Assembly (NCBI GenBank): GCA_951406725.2
Contig: OX597822.1
Span: 95,728,001 to 95,792,000, forward strand
Length of the DNA: 64,000 nucleotides
Reading direction: 5' to 3'
From: Octopus vulgaris
Lineage: Eukaryota
Made by a program: the position numbers and the translations under genes. Numbering within the stretch: the stretch's first letter is position 1; each line of letters begins with the position of its first letter. This document shows positions 1-12,647 of the stretch, piece by piece. The notes under the pieces were generated by a model, which did no database searches, had not been told where the DNA came from, and saw only the letters and a list, made by a program, of their open reading frames with translations.

Positions 1-414
1 CTCTTCTACAGAGAGGGACACAGAAAAAAAACGAGAGAAAAAAAATGTGTGTAGTGGCTACCAATCTATCATGGCGACTGCCAGACAGAAGGGTCACACA
101 GGGGAGTGACCCCCCACCAAAAAAAAAACGAAGGTGCGTGTGTGTATTAGAGAGTACGTATGTGCGTGTGAAAGAGGGCTGATGGTTTTGACGTGTGCGT
201 GCGTGTATGCGTAGGTGTGAAAATGTGGAGATGGGAATTGGTCAGTGCTGGTGTGTGGATGGTGTGTTGTGATGTGATGTGTAATGTTGTTATGGTGTAG
301 TGTGGTGTGGTGTGGTGTGATGTTGTTGGGAGGTGGAAGGCGTGAATGGGGAAAGCACGGGTGGGGTGTGGGTTAGGCTGAGGGTTGGGGTACATATATA
401 TCTAGCTATGCATG

Positions 415-860
415 TATTTGTATGTTTGTGTTTGTACGTCTACCATCGCTTGACAACCGATGTTGGTGTGTTTTTGTCCCCATAACTTAGCATTACGGCC
501 TCCGTAACTTAGCAGTCTGGTAAAAGTTACTGATAGCATAAGTACTAGGTTTACAAATTATTAGTCTTGTGATGAATTTGTTCGTTTAAGGCGGTGCAGT
601 CAAATGACTGAAGCAATTAAAAAATATGATAAAAGAATACAAGAACATATATGTGTGTGTATCTGTGTTTGTTTGCCACCACTACTTGACATATGATCTT
701 GGTTTGTTTAGGCTCCTAACTTAGCAGTGCAGTAAAAGACAACCAATAGACTAAGTACCAGGCTTTGAAAACAAGTACTACTCTCAATTTATTCAGCTGA
801 ACACTTCAAGGCAGAGCTTCAGTATGGCCGCAGTCCTATAACTAAAACTAGGAAAAGATA
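415..860 (+). mobile_element. Two degraded 3' halves of SINE family B
   Basis: Two matches to the family B tail (cttgacaaccgatg..ggtgtgttt..taacttagc..aagtact..ggcggtgc..gcagtc..actgaa) at about 415-625 and 650-860. Confidence 0.6.
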
Positions 861-901
861 AATGATATCCTACAGTAAAAGGTTAATAATATCATTTCGT
901 T

Positions 902-1062
902 AAGGCGGCGAGCGGGTAGAAACGTTAGCACGCCGGGCGTAATGCTTAGCGGTATTTCGTCTGTCTCCATGTTCTGAGTTCAAATTCCGCCGAGGTCGAT
1001 TTTGCCTTTTATCCTTCCGGTGGTCGATAAGTTAAGTACCAGTTGCGTGCTGATGGCTACCT
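902..1062 (+). mobile_element. SINE family C, 3'-truncated
   Basis: aaggcggcgagc..gaaacgttagcacgccgggcg..gttctgagttcaaattccgccgaggtcga, shared with 8 or more other copies in the window. Confidence 0.85.
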
Positions 1063-1424
1063 AACTCAGATACCAGGAAACCCCAAAATGGCAGAAATTC
1101 AAAAGATAGTGCTCATGGAAACACCTCTAATCCTACGCAAAATACTTTCTATGTAATCTCAAGTTTTAAAACAAACAATTTTCGCATGCTTTTTTTTTTA
1201 GACATTCACTAGTACAACACTATGTACAAAACCAAATATATGGTACACTAGGCATAACAACAACACGAACTTCCAACCTGTTGTCTCTTGAGGTCTCTGG
1301 TTGAGACTTGGAGCCAACTTGTACAAATATAAAGCAAAAGTCAAACATAGAATAATAATAATAACAACAATAATAATAATAATAAGTACTTTTTTCGCAA
1401 ATAATTTTATAAACGATAAGTAAT

Positions 1425-2443
1425 AAGCATTGTTCTCTGCAGTATGTCACAATAAAGCCTTGAATCCATTGTTCTCCAATAAATGTAAGTCTTCCCACAC
1501 CAACTGCACTCATGTATCCCCAAAGCATAACATTTCTACCGCTGTGTTTCATGGTGGGCACCGATGGTGAATTTGTCGCTTTATCTTCACCTTTTGATCC
1601 AAACGAGTTAGTTTTAGTCTCGTCAGAAAAAAAGAATTTTACTCCCAAACTCCTTCCCTTTACATAGGTTTCGGCAGAAGAAAGATGACTTGGTTTATGC
1701 ATGATAGTGAGGAGAGGCTTCCTACGAGGGATGCGTCCCTGAAGACCACACTGGTTTAAACTATTTGGACGAATTCTCTCTTTCCACTAATAGAAGACAC
1801 TTCTTGGGCCAAAGATGAAGCGGTACGTCGCCTTTCGCCCATCACACAACGTTGGATGTGGCGAATATCATGCGCAGTTAAAATAAAAAGACGACCTGAA
1901 AGATATTGCTTAGCCGTCCAGTAGCTTTGTACTTCTGAATTACTTTGGTAACTGTGTTTACGCTAATATGTATTCTTCGCTAATTGACACTTGTATCCTA
2001 AACCATTCTTGTGCGAATTAAAAATAATTTTTTTCAAATCTTCAGACACTTCTTTTCCCTTTGGTGTCATTTTAATCACAATGAAGAAAATTTCCACAAC
2101 GGTACACAAATCAGAATTACTGCAGATGCAATAACAACGACCAGTGCAAAAATGCCAGGAGAAATAATTTATTAGAATTGAAATTATCAGCAATATCTGA
2201 ATTTAGTAGATAAAATATTGAATATAGCAAATTTCCTCTAGGGTGTACATATTCTTGCAATGTTTGGAAACTAATATTTCATTCATATCTTTGAAAATGT
2301 ATATTTTTTGTTTTCCAAATGTGTATAATGTTTGCATGTATAATATACTCAGTATAAATTTCGTTTGATTTCCTTCGATATTGTCAGAGTAATGGTAATT
2401 TTACTGATACTTTTAGGAGTGTACATACTTCTTTGAGATACTG
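1425..2443 (-). mobile_element. Tc1-family DNA transposon, 3'-truncated, transposase pseudogene
   Basis: Minus-strand peptides MTPKGKEVSEDLKKII (HTH), GRIPRRKPLL, FSDETK.NSFGS and PTMKHSGRNVMLWGYMSAVGVGRL (Tc1 DDE region); terminus cagtatctcaaagaagtatgtacactcc abuts TA at 2444-2445; inner repeat agggtgtacata near 2240. Confidence 0.9.
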
Positions 2444-2497
2444 TATATATTTATTTGTGTGTGTGTCGTGTGTGTATACATATATATTATATATTAG

Positions 2498-2888
2498 TGG
2501 AGGCGCAATGGCCCAGTGGTTAGGGCAGCGGACTCGCGGTCATAGGATCGCGGTTTCGATTCCCAGACCGGGCGTTGTGAGTGTTTATTGAGCGAAAACA
2601 CCTAAAGCTCCACGAGGCTCCGGCAGGGGATGGTGGTGATCCCTGCTGTACTCTTTCTCCACAACTTTCTCTCAATCTTACTTCCTGTTTCTGTTGTACC
2701 TGTATTTCAAAAGGCCGGCCTTGTCACTCTCTGTGTCACGTTGAATCTCCCCGAGAACTACGTTAAGGGTACACGTGTCTGTGGAGTGCTCAGCCACTTA
2801 CACGTTAATTTCACGAGCAGGCTGTTCCGTTGATTCGGATCAACCGGAACCCTCGTCGTCGTAACCGACATAGTGCTTCCATCTATCC
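2498..2888 (+). mobile_element. tRNA-derived SINE family A, full length
   Basis: A-box tggcccagtgg and B-box-like gtttcgattcc head; 16-bp TSD atattatatattagtg (2484-2499 / 2889-2904). Confidence 0.95.
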
Positions 2889-2900
2889 ATATTATATATT

Positions 2901-3235
2901 AGTGCAGATGTGGATGTGTGGTAAGAAGTTTGTTGCCTTCCAGTCACATGGTTCCGGGTTCAGTCTCACTGCGTGGGACCTTGGGTGTCTTCTGTAACCT
3001 TGGGTCGACCAAAGCCTTGTGAGTGGATCTGGTAGATGGAAACTGACACACGCCCGTCTTATATGTGTGTGTGTGTGTATGTGTGTTGACGACCGGTATT
3101 GGTATATTTACGACTCCGTAAACTAGCGGTACGGCAAAAGGGATAGATAAATAAGTACGAGACTTAAAAATAAAATAAATACTGGGATCGATTAGTTCGA
3201 CTAAAATCCTTCAAGGCGGTGCCCCCAACATAGCC
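2901..3235 (+). mobile_element. SINE family B, diverged
   Basis: gtgtggtaagaag..ggttccgggttcagtc..gccttgtgagtggat..ggaaactga..(TG)n..aaggcggtgc. Confidence 0.8.
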
Positions 3236-3427
3236 GCGCACACCGGGCGAAATGCATACCGATATTTCGTCTGTCTTTATGCTCTGAGTTCAAATGCCGC
3301 CGAGGTCGACTTTTCCTTTCATCCTTTCAGGGTCAATAAATTAAGTACCAGTTGCGTACTAGGGTCGATGTAATCAACTGGCTCCCTCCCCCAAAATTTC
3401 GGGCCTTGTGCCTAGAGTAGAAAAGAA
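3236..3427 (+). mobile_element. SINE family C, tail type i
   Basis: ccgggcgaaatgc..gagttcaaatgccgccgaggtcgac..ctccctccccaaaatttcgggccttgtgcctagagtagaaaag. Confidence 0.8.
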
Positions 3428-3814
3428 TTTAATGATGGCGACATGTAAAACATAAAAGATATGTACACATTTTTTATTTATACGCACAAGCGAGCGCACA
3501 CGCTTACATATAAAAATGTATAAGAATAAAAACAGGGAAAACATTCAGTTTGTTTCGAAGAGTTTCAATGTTTTTATTAAGTTCTTGATGCATAATTGTG
3601 TTGCTTGAAACTTTACAGGCGCACAGACAATGACTTCACCCTTTCGACAATTAATTCTGATTGGTGAGCTTTTTAACAATTTCGAACTGTTGTTGATTTT
3701 CATTGAGTAATCATTTTCAGCAGCCGATTTGATTTACGTTCTGTAATTGATTTCTCTGTGGCTATTGAGTATTTCGCAAATACAGTGAGATTAAAAAATG
3801 TTCTTTAAGTTTAA

Positions 3815-4214
3815 GGCGCAGGAGTGGCTGTGTGGTAAGTAGCTTGTTTACCAATCGCATGGTTCCGGGTTCAGTCCCACTGCGTCGCATCTTGGGCAAG
3901 TGTCTTCTACTATAGCCTCGGGCCGACCAAAGCCTTGTGAGTGGATTTGGTAGACGGAAACTGGAAGAAGCCCGTCGTATATATGTATATATATATATAT
4001 ATGCGTGTGTGTGTTTATGTGTCTGTGTTTGTCCCCCTAGCATTGCTTGACAACCGATGCTGGTGTATTTATGTTCCCGTTACTTAGCGGTTCGGCAAAA
4101 GAGACCGATAGAATAAGTACTGGGCTTACAAAAGAATAAGTCCCGGGGTCGAGTTGCTCGATTAAAGGCGGTGCTCCAGCATGGCCGCAGTCAAATGACT
4201 GAAACAAGTAAAAG
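3815..4214 (+). mobile_element. SINE family B, full length
   Basis: ggcgcaggagtggctgtgtggtaag head, internal (TA)/(TG) microsatellite, tail ending actgaaacaagtaaaag; near-identical copies at 4654, 6189, 41980, 62267. Confidence 0.95.
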
Positions 4215-4653
4215 AAAAAGAAAAAAAAAGAAAAAAGTTTCAGGAAAATTTCTCTAATAATATTAACAGGGAATTGCTTTCCATTGGCCAAATATTCACC
4301 GGAAGATGGCTGTTGTTAAGGTGTAGAGAAGATGGTTATAATACGAAGAGTAGATTCTGTGAATAAACAAAATATTCACGGACTTCTCCTCCCAGGTACC
4401 TACCTTTAACTTCCAAAATCAGACCACTTCACTCTAAGTCCATTCTCCGTTAATGTTTTGTTGCTGGGAGTGTGGATATGTGTATATATAAATAAGAGAT
4501 TGTTCTAAAATGACTACTGGATTTCATTATATCAGATGAGGTGAGAGGAATCCCTAGGGATACATGTAGTCTCTTTAGTGAACTTTTTATTAGCATTGTG
4601 ATTGAAAACTAAAGTAACGTAAGAAGATGATTGAAGGCGCAGAAGAAGAAGAA

Positions 4654-5063
4654 GGCGCAGGAGTGGCTGTGTGGTAAGTAGCTTGCTAACCAACCACATG
4701 GTTCCAGGTTCAGTCCCTCTGCGTCGCATCTTGGGCAAGTGTCTTCTGCTATAGCCCCGGGCCGACCAATGCCTTGTGAGTGGATTTGGTAGACGGAAAC
4801 TGAAAGAAGCCTGTCGTATATATGTATATATATATATGTATGTGTGTGTGTGTGTCTTTGTGTGTCTGTGTTTGTCCCCCTAGCATTGCTTGACAACCGA
4901 TGCTGGTGTGTTTACATCCCCGTCACTTAGCGGTTCGGCAAAAGAGACCGATAGAATAAGTACTGGGCTTACAAAGAATAAGTCCCAGGGTCGATTTGCT
5001 CGACTAAAGGCGGTGCTCCAGCATGGCCGCAGTCAAATGACTGAAACAAGCAAAAAAAAAAAA
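4654..5063 (+). mobile_element. SINE family B, full length
   Basis: Near-identical to 3815-4214; A-rich tail. Confidence 0.95.
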
Positions 5064-5099
5064 GATGATTGTGGTTTGATTAGGGATAATATCAATTTG

Positions 5100-5817
5100 A
5101 AACGAAACTCTGAAATTCCTATTAAAATTTTCCAGAATCCGTTTATAATCTGACCGCTTATACTGCTTCTGGTGGTCTTTGTGCATAGATTGGGCTGTGA
5201 AATATGTGCACTTCATGTAGATGTTAAAGATACCTAATCCAGCGATATTTGCAATCTCAGCTTCGGTATATCTTCCGATGGCGGTGCTGAACAATAGGTC
5301 ACCTTTCTTTCTGACACAGGAGAAGTATAATCATATAGCAGAAAATTCACAGTTTCCATGACTAGTCTAATCTGTAGGTAGCGAATTCGAGTGAACTGTC
5401 ACCGCCCGAATTCAAAGCTTTCAGGAGGTTAAATTTCGATACCAAACTGTGTAGATTTAAGGTGTTTTGTTCTGGACCACATGAAACCAGTTAATAAAGG
5501 TATAAATTTGAGGAGAAAAGTATTGGGGCTGATTTGTGTGTCAATGTTGATGTTGTTGTTGTTGTTGTTAGTGTTGGTCGGTGACTGTTGGGGATGAGGG
5601 GTTAGTCTTTTTCTTCTTTTCTGTAGCTGTCAAGTTAAGTTAAGTTATGTACAGGGTGGTGTTCATGCAAAGAGTTCAGGCTATTTCTGGTCAAGAGAGA
5701 CTTTGAACCGAGCGGTCGTCGGCATCTTCACTATCTCGTCCGGCAGCTTATTCCACGGATCCGCAACCCGGACGGAGAAAGCCCCTCTCCTTCGATTGAG
5801 ATGAAATCGTCGCAGAT
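5100..5817 (-). mobile_element. Composite: CR1 3' end, (TTAAC)n tail, then 5'UTR and ORF1-like segment
   Basis: 5817-5635 encodes LRRFHLNRRRGAFSVRVADPWNKLPDEIVKMPTTARFKVSL (CR1 ORF2 C-terminus); 5635-5505 matches 8940-8815; then coding-like sequence (FSTAIGRYTEAEIANIAGLGIF). Confidence 0.8.
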
Positions 5818-6188
5818 ATTATATTTGTCAATGTTGATAACGAATATACTTACTATGCGTGTCATAATCTTAAAAAGGGTTAATGACTCTATATTTGTAG
5901 CAGGAACAGAAATTAGATCTCTATTCCTTAAATGTTATGTAGTGGTATCGCAAAGAAAGGAACTAGGTACTTCCCTATAGTGTTTATGTCAGTTGTATGT
6001 TGCTTTGTTAGTTCTCTTGCATACGTTGTGAATGTTGCTAGATAGGCTCCTGTTGGATTAGCAGTGTTTATTCTTTTGGTGAACATAATTTCGCTGTTTA
6101 TCAATAAGAATGTGTCCTTTAAGCAATTGTTTTACGTGCACTTTTGGGTATTAAATGTTTATAAAAATGTTTATAAAAATATCGGATA

Positions 6189-6560
6189 GGCGCAGGAGTG
6201 GCTGTGTGGTAAGTAGCTTGCTAACCAACCACATGGTTCCGGGTTCAGTCCCACTGTGTGGCATCTTGGGCAAGTGTCTTCTGCTATAGCCCCGGGCCGA
6301 CCAATGCCTTGTGAGTGGATTTGGTAGACGGAAACTGAAAGAAGCCTGTCGTATATATGTATTTGTCCCCCTAGCATCGCTTGACAACCGATGCTGGTGT
6401 GTTTACGTCCCCGTCACTTAGCGGTTCGGCAAAAAAGAGACCGATAGAATAAGTACTGGGCTTACAAAGAATAAGTCCCGGGGTCGAGTTGCTCGATTAA
6501 AGGCGGTGCTCCAGCATGGCCGCAGTCAAATGACTGAAACAAGTAAAAAGAGTAAAAGAG
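6189..6560 (+). mobile_element. SINE family B lacking most of the internal microsatellite
   Basis: Matches 3815-4214 with the internal TA/TG tract collapsed. Confidence 0.95.
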
Positions 6561-7254
6561 AACAGAGAAAGAGAGGCGTTCGAATCTTATCTTTTAACCG
6601 AGTTGACAGACTTCGCTTTAAAGTTCTCGAAGTTATTTAGCTAAAGTAAGGGCTTCCGTGACTTGAGCCAAATTTATCTGCCAATACATCTCTTGTAATT
6701 TTCTTGAAAGACTCAGTCTATTAGCACATCCATTTAATTATGCTTTCAGGCTTCTCAATAAGACAAAGACATTCTTTAGTAAATAAAGAATTATTTGCTT
6801 CCTTGAATATTGTTTTTCATCACTAGGCAGAGCTCAGCAAGTATAGAAAGTTTACAAAATTAGATTAGAAACGAAAGAAAAGAGCACAACACACTTCATG
6901 GAGTTTAAATATATGTGTCAACTGCTAATTTCAAAATTTCATTACTTTAACTTTCACAGATGGTTACGAAAAAAAGACAAAAAAAACAAAGAAAAGAAAG
7001 AAAAAAAAAGAAGAAAAATTGATAATTCGGACGCTAAGTTTTAAATGGTGAAGTGTCTTGCAAATGGTTCTCATTGCATTAATGCCTTATCAATCCTTTA
7101 GATCAGGTTGTGGAATCTGCATCTCAGTGACTGGAGACTAGAAGCAATTTAACTTTTTTTTTTCTATTTAAAAATTGCAGTGAGAATAACAATTCCAGTG
7201 AAATTAATGGAATTGTATTAAGAGCTAATGGCTTACATATATTTTTTACTATAT

Positions 7255-7435
7255 ACACATACATCTACACAAATGCATGCATACACACACGCACACAAGC
7301 ACACACACATTATACATACATACATACATACATACATACATACATACATACATTCATTCATACATACATACATACATACATACATACATACATACATACA
7401 TACATACATACATAAGCATTCATATCACACACACA
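7255..7435. repeat. (CATA)n/(CA)n microsatellite
   Basis: Directly visible. Confidence 0.9.
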
Positions 7436-7739
7436 CTCATTTCGACTTAGCTTCATGCAACATCAAATGGTATAACAATGATAGGCCTACATTACTCACA
7501 ATGGTTAACTGGAATTCGCAGTTGCTAATTTTGTTTCGGCGAAACTTCATATATTCCAGCACACTGACTATCGATTAAGAGGAAGAATCAACTATTTTAT
7601 TATTGAAGCCAGAGCTACAACCTGTTCTTGAACTTCAAGCCACTGGCAAGTGACAATCCAGATATCAATTTAAGCTCGGCTACTCTATACATAAGGGCAA
7701 CATACTTAACCCCTTCCGCTCGTATAGTCTACAGCCTCA

Positions 7740-8290
7740 TCCATGCTAACTATGTAGCCTCAATTTTTTAATCTAGCACCACCAGTGTGTCTCCAGCTCC
7801 ACCAAATCTGGTTGCTCCCACAGAAAGTCTGTTGCCGCTTATTCGTTAGTTCTCCACGGATAGTCCACCTAGCAATTAATCTGCGACAACACTCTAACCC
7901 CGTCATCTGTGTCACCAAATATAATGTCGCTAAATACACCATACAGCAGCTAAGAAGAAACAAAAAAAGAAAAGAAATGATGTCACTTTCAGACCGATAA
8001 CACGAATTGGGTTGATCAATAGAGGCCTAACGTCTCGAATTAAATCACAATCCCTTCTCTAGTTGTCTGACGAGATAGGTCCGTGCTACGAGCGTACAGG
8101 TCCTTAAGTTCTATGGCGTTGAGTCAAATTGGTACTAAATAGTGTATGAGGTCTGATCAATAATTATCCAGACTGTTGTCACAGTAACGAAGCTAAAGCA
8201 CGCAGAGTAAAGCTGCTGCGCAAAGATTGACCTTGAACTCTGCTGTGCATGTGCACACAGTTTTAACATTCTAGCGCACATCCGATGTTT
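7740..8290 (-). mobile_element. Degenerate mariner transposase fragment
   Basis: CCRRLIARWTIRGELTNKRQ resembles the mariner K..ARWVP..LT motif; heavily decayed. Confidence 0.45.
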
Positions 8291-8299
8291 ATAGCAGTG

Positions 8300-8586
8300 T
8301 TTGGAAGGAAGGTGTGTAGCGTGTGATCGACGCATTGACCATGACCGAGAAAGTTGTCATGGCGATACCTGCACAGAGGCCTACGCAAAGTGGCAGAAAG
8401 TGTATGGAGAGGAGTGTATCAGTCGCTCACAAGTGTACGAGTGGTTCAGACGTTTCAAAGATGGCCGAAAAAATATCGATATTGACGAACATTTTGGGAG
8501 ACCCGCAAACAGCGGAACTGAGAAAAACATCGCAGATGTACGTGCAACTGTGAGGGGAAATCGTTGAATCACCATCCGTGAGTTAT
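8300..8586 (+). mobile_element. Mariner transposase N-terminal (HTH) fragment
   Basis: EAYAKWQKVYGEECISRSQVYEWFRRFKDGRKNIDIDEHFGRP...VRGNR*ITIREL; cut by the element at 8587. Confidence 0.8.
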
Positions 8587-9680
8587 TGCATCAGGTTCAA
8601 ATTGTTTGTGTTCATCTCGGTTAGCATTGTTGGCGTTTGTATTTGTAGTGTTGATGCTTGTGTTATTATGTGTGGGAATTTTGCTATCGGAAGAGGTGTA
8701 TCTCCCTGCTTTGTTTGATTGAGTTGTTCTTTTTTGCACCCTTTTTTGTCTCCCTCTGTGGCCATTTGCCATTCTTCCGTGTCGCCTTCATCAGACGACA
8801 TGTCGGAGAATCACAAAATTTGAGGAGAAAAGTATTGGGGCTGATTTGTGTGTAAATGTTGATGTTGTTGTTGTTGTTAGTGTTGGTTGGTGACTGTTGG
8901 GGATGAGGGGTTAGTCTTTTTCTTCTTTTCTGTAGCTGTTAAGTTAAGTTAAGTTAATTTTTTGGCTCAAAAAGCGAAAAGCAAGGCCATGTAGGGGGAC
9001 ATGGAGTTATGTACAGGGTGGTGTTCATGCAAAGAGTTCAGGCCATTTCTGGTAAAGAGAGAGACTTTGAACCGAGCGGTCGTCGGCATCTTCACTATCT
9101 CGTCCGGCAGCTTATTCCACGGACCCGCAACCCGGACGGAGAAAGCCCCTCTCCTTCGATTGAGATGAAATCGTCGCAGATAGAGCTTTTCGGAGTGACC
9201 CCGCAGCCGACGCTCTAGAGCAGGAGTGAAGAACAGCTCTTTCGAGAGGTTACACTTTCCGCTGATGTTGTTGTTGGTAGTCCTGATAGTGTTGCATCCG
9301 CTGTAGGTGGTGTTGATTGGTTGGGTTGGATGAGTTGGTTGGCTGGTGGGTGGAACTGTTCCATCTGTTGGTGAAGCTGTTTCGTCTGTTGTGCTGATGG
9401 TGGTGTAGGTAACAGTGCTGGTTTACTGTCAGTGTTTTCTGTTTGCTGTTGTTTTTGTTGCTGTTGCTGCTGCAGTTTTTGTTGTTGCTGCTATTGTTTC
9501 TGCACTGTTGGGCAGTCGATCTTGAGGTGGTTTTTGCTACCACAAAGTTAACAGCGTGCCCTTCTGCCTTCAATAGCCCCATGTAAGTTGGTGCCGTCTG
9601 GCAGTCTTACAAGATCTGGAATAGATTCAATTGTTTCTTGATTCGCTTGAATTAAGACCTCAACTCCTTGTCCAACCTAT
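8587..9680 (-). mobile_element. Composite non-LTR fragment: CCHC ORF1 C-terminus, CR1 3' end with (TTAAC)n, then 5'UTR and ORF1 N-terminus
   Basis: 9680-9250: IPDLVRLPDGTNLHGAIEGRRARC*LCGSKNHLKIDC (CX2CX4HX4C, knuckle at 9512-9553) then Q/N-rich; 9250-8945: ELFFTPALERRLRGHSEKLYLRRFHLNRRRGAFSVRV; ttaacttaacttaac; 8801-8587: MSSDEGDTEEWQMAT... Confidence 0.8.
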
Positions 9681-9837
9681 TTTTTCGGTGGCTGCAATGG
9701 CGTAGCGGTGTATAAAAACTTTCTACGCCATTGCAACCACCGGAAAATCACAAGACATGTATATTAGTATATGTATTTAATCATGTTAATTACACTAGAG
9801 CTGATTTTACTTCATATATATATATATATATATATAT

Positions 9838-10360
9838 CAATAATTAAGGGTAAAATCAATTAGTTATTAATCAATTTCACCAAGTAGTGTTCAGTATGTA
9901 AAAGGACCATTCAAGGCGTATTCAAAATATTACTTTATATAATTAAGGGCTCAGTAAAATAATTTACTTTGCCACATACTGAAATTTTTAGAAATAGCAG
10001 CCAAAAAGTTTCTTTAGCCATTTCTACTACTTTAAGAAGAATCTCCCTGATAGTGCTTACTCAAAAATAATTCACGTAGATCTGAGGGAAAACAACAAAA
10101 TATCACATGTACAAAGATTATTTGAGAACGCTCACGTTTCTAGATTAGCCGAATTAAAACTCGACATTTCTTTCGTCTGCTCAACATTTCTTAAATTGGA
10201 TTTGAAAGCACTAAAAATAATGAACATACCCATCCGACATGAATCACCTCAGACGAACATCTCCAGATCTACGTAAATTATTTTTGAGTAAGCACTATCA
10301 GGGAAATTCTTCTTAAAGTAGTAGAAATGGCTAAAGAAACTTTTTGGCTGCTATTTCTAA
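9838..10360 (-). mobile_element. Penelope-like terminal fragment with ~95-bp inverted repeat
   Basis: 9988-10084 is the reverse complement of 10264-10360 (few mismatches); unit abuts (TA)n at 9815-9837; PLE assignment is inferred from architecture. Confidence 0.55.
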
Positions 10361-10416
10361 TTAGACGAAATACGGCTACGCATTTCGCCCGGCGTGCTAA
10401 CGTTTCTGCCAGCTGT
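10361..10416 (-). mobile_element. SINE family C head fragment
   Basis: gacgaaatac..catttcgcccggcgtgctaacgtttctgccagct. Confidence 0.8.
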
Positions 10417-10985
10417 CATGAAAACCTAAACGAAAATGTAAACACATTCCTTCTATGCTTCCGATGTTCAGAAAAAATGCTGATGGGACGCTTCAGCCAG
10501 ATGGTTTCACGATTTTGATCGTTCCTTATAAAACACATTCCCTTCTCCTTCACCATTTGATAACATAAATAATTGTTATATATAGCAAAAGGCAGCCGAT
10601 CCATAACCTTATGATTTGGTTCAATTTAAATTTGTGCGCTTTAAACATAATTATTCTTCTACTGCAAAATCTGTTTTGGCTTCAACATACACTACACTTT
10701 AATAAAACCTTTTTGCTATACAAAAACTTTTCAGTTAATGCGATTTTTCTCTCACTGTTTTGTTACCCGTATGTTAAACTCACCTTGTAAAAACATAGAC
10801 CAATATTTTTACAGTAAACCTGTTACATTAAAACATTTGCTACGTGAAAACTTATTTTGTTTATTTTTTTACTCTCATATTCTTCGATATTTAATAGAAA
10901 TATTTTACTTCTGTATAAAAAAAAAAAACTTGTTTTAATTCAAACAAGTATACGTATATGCATGAAGCTCTATTATTATTTTTCG

Positions 10986-10989
<4 letters not shown>

Positions 10990-11019
<30 letters not shown>

Positions 11020-11054
11020 TGTATGTATGTATGTATGTATGTATGTATGTATCT

Positions 11055-11103
<49 letters not shown>

Positions 11104-11170
11104 CATGTATGTATGTAAGTATGTAAGTGTGTTGGTGTGTGTGTCTACACATACACACACACACATATAT
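10990..11170. repeat. (TATG)n-(TA)n compound microsatellite
   Basis: Directly visible. Confidence 0.95.
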
Positions 11171-11574
11171 ATATGCACCTGCGTATATAATTGCCTGTGT
11201 ATATGTATGCGTTGGTGTGGATATACACATGTACAGAGTCATTACAAATCCTTGAGCAATATGAAACATTAATTTCAAAATGCTTTCAATTTCAGTTCTG
11301 TTTGTGAATTAATTTCTGAAGAACATTTAGGGACCTGAAGCATTTTTTGCATTGTTGAAAATGGAAAAAAATTACAATTATCTGTTAATTAACGGAATGA
11401 ATAATTACACCGTCATTAATTTGTGTTGACATGTAAATCTTATTCAATGGAATTTTGCTGTACAGTTGCCTTCCGGGTTAGGATAACTAATGGGTTTAAG
11501 AAAATAACGTGTTTATAGATGTCCATAATGTGATCACTCTTCGTAAATCTAATGAAAGTGGATGTGTGGTAAAT

Positions 11575-12150
11575 TATTACTGATTTTAAATTTTGGCACG
11601 AGGACAACAGTTTAGAAGGATTAAGTCGATTACATCGTCTTCAGTACTCAACGGTTACTTATTTTATCGACTCCAAAACGATGATAAGCAAAGTAGACCT
11701 CGGCGGAATTTGAACACAACCAGCAGAAAAAATACCTATTTCTTTACTACCCACAAGCGGCTAAACACAGAGAGGACAAACAAGGACAGACAAACGGATT
11801 AAGTCGATTATATCGACCCCAGTGCGTAACTGGTTCTTATTTAATCGACCCCGAATGGATGAAAGGCAAAGTCGACCTCGGCGGAATTTGAACTCAGAAC
11901 GTAACGGCATACGAAATACCTATTTCATTATTACCCACAAGGGGCTAAACATAGAGGCGACAAACAAGGCCAGACATAGGTATTACGTCGATTACATCGA
12001 CCCCAGTGCGTAACTGGTACTTAATTTATCGACCCCAAAAGGATGAAAGACAAAGTCGACCTCGGCGGAATTTGAACTCAGAACGTAGCGGCAGACGAAA
12101 TACCGCTAAGCATTTCGCCCGGCGTGCTAACGTTTCTGCCAGCTCGCCGC
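11575..12150 (-). mobile_element. SINE family C dimer plus an older third unit
   Basis: Head at 12150-12090, then three successive core+tail units re-entering at ggtatt. Confidence 0.9.
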
Positions 12151-12299
12151 CGTATGTTGCAAATTAATATTCTCAACAAAACATCAACTGAAGTTTCTAA
12201 TAACGTCTTACTTTTATACAACACAAGAATATTTCTGGTTTTTTTTTGTGTTTTTTTTCACAATTTCATAACTAAATTACAAGGTAAAAATTAATATAG

Positions 12300-12647
12300 A
12301 ACTATAAATTTAACGAGGATGACATTCTAAAGGCTGGAGCAGTTTGAATAGGAAATGATGCCCTACCGACCATATTCGCCGGTCATAGCCCATCTGATTA
12401 TCATTTATTCTGCAGTCTTCAAAATCATTTAGACGGAAAAAAATATGGATTCTGTACTAGAGGAGCATTTTTCATCACAGACAATGAATCTTGGAAGAGG
12501 GGCCTTGCAAAGTCTACCAGATAGATGGAAGAGTATTGTAGAAAATGAAGGAGAGTATATTTTAGATGAAAAAAGAACTTCGTTTATCTTAATTTAAAAA
12601 AATAAAGGAAGTATAAAAAAATGCATTATTTATGGGATGACCCAATA
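12300..12647 (+). mobile_element. Mariner 3' end with TIR
   Basis: RPYSPVIAPSDYHLFCSLQNHLDGK and LPDRWKSIVENEGEYILD* (YSPDLAPSD motif); ends ttatttatgggatgacccaa followed by TA. Confidence 0.85.

Noticed and set aside
1-400. Window-start segment with hairpin gggtcac/gtgaccc (91-113)
   Set aside because: Possibly a PLE 3' region, but truncated by the window edge with no diagnostic motif visible
2498-2575. tRNA-like sequences at SINE heads
   Set aside because: They continue into SINE bodies with TSDs and I could not fold a full cloverleaf; not called as tRNA genes
8569-8590. Joining the ITHGW peptide to the 5500-region ORF as one continuous ORF1
   Set aside because: Those bases belong to the adjacent mariner fragment (TIREL on the plus strand), so the join is not evidence
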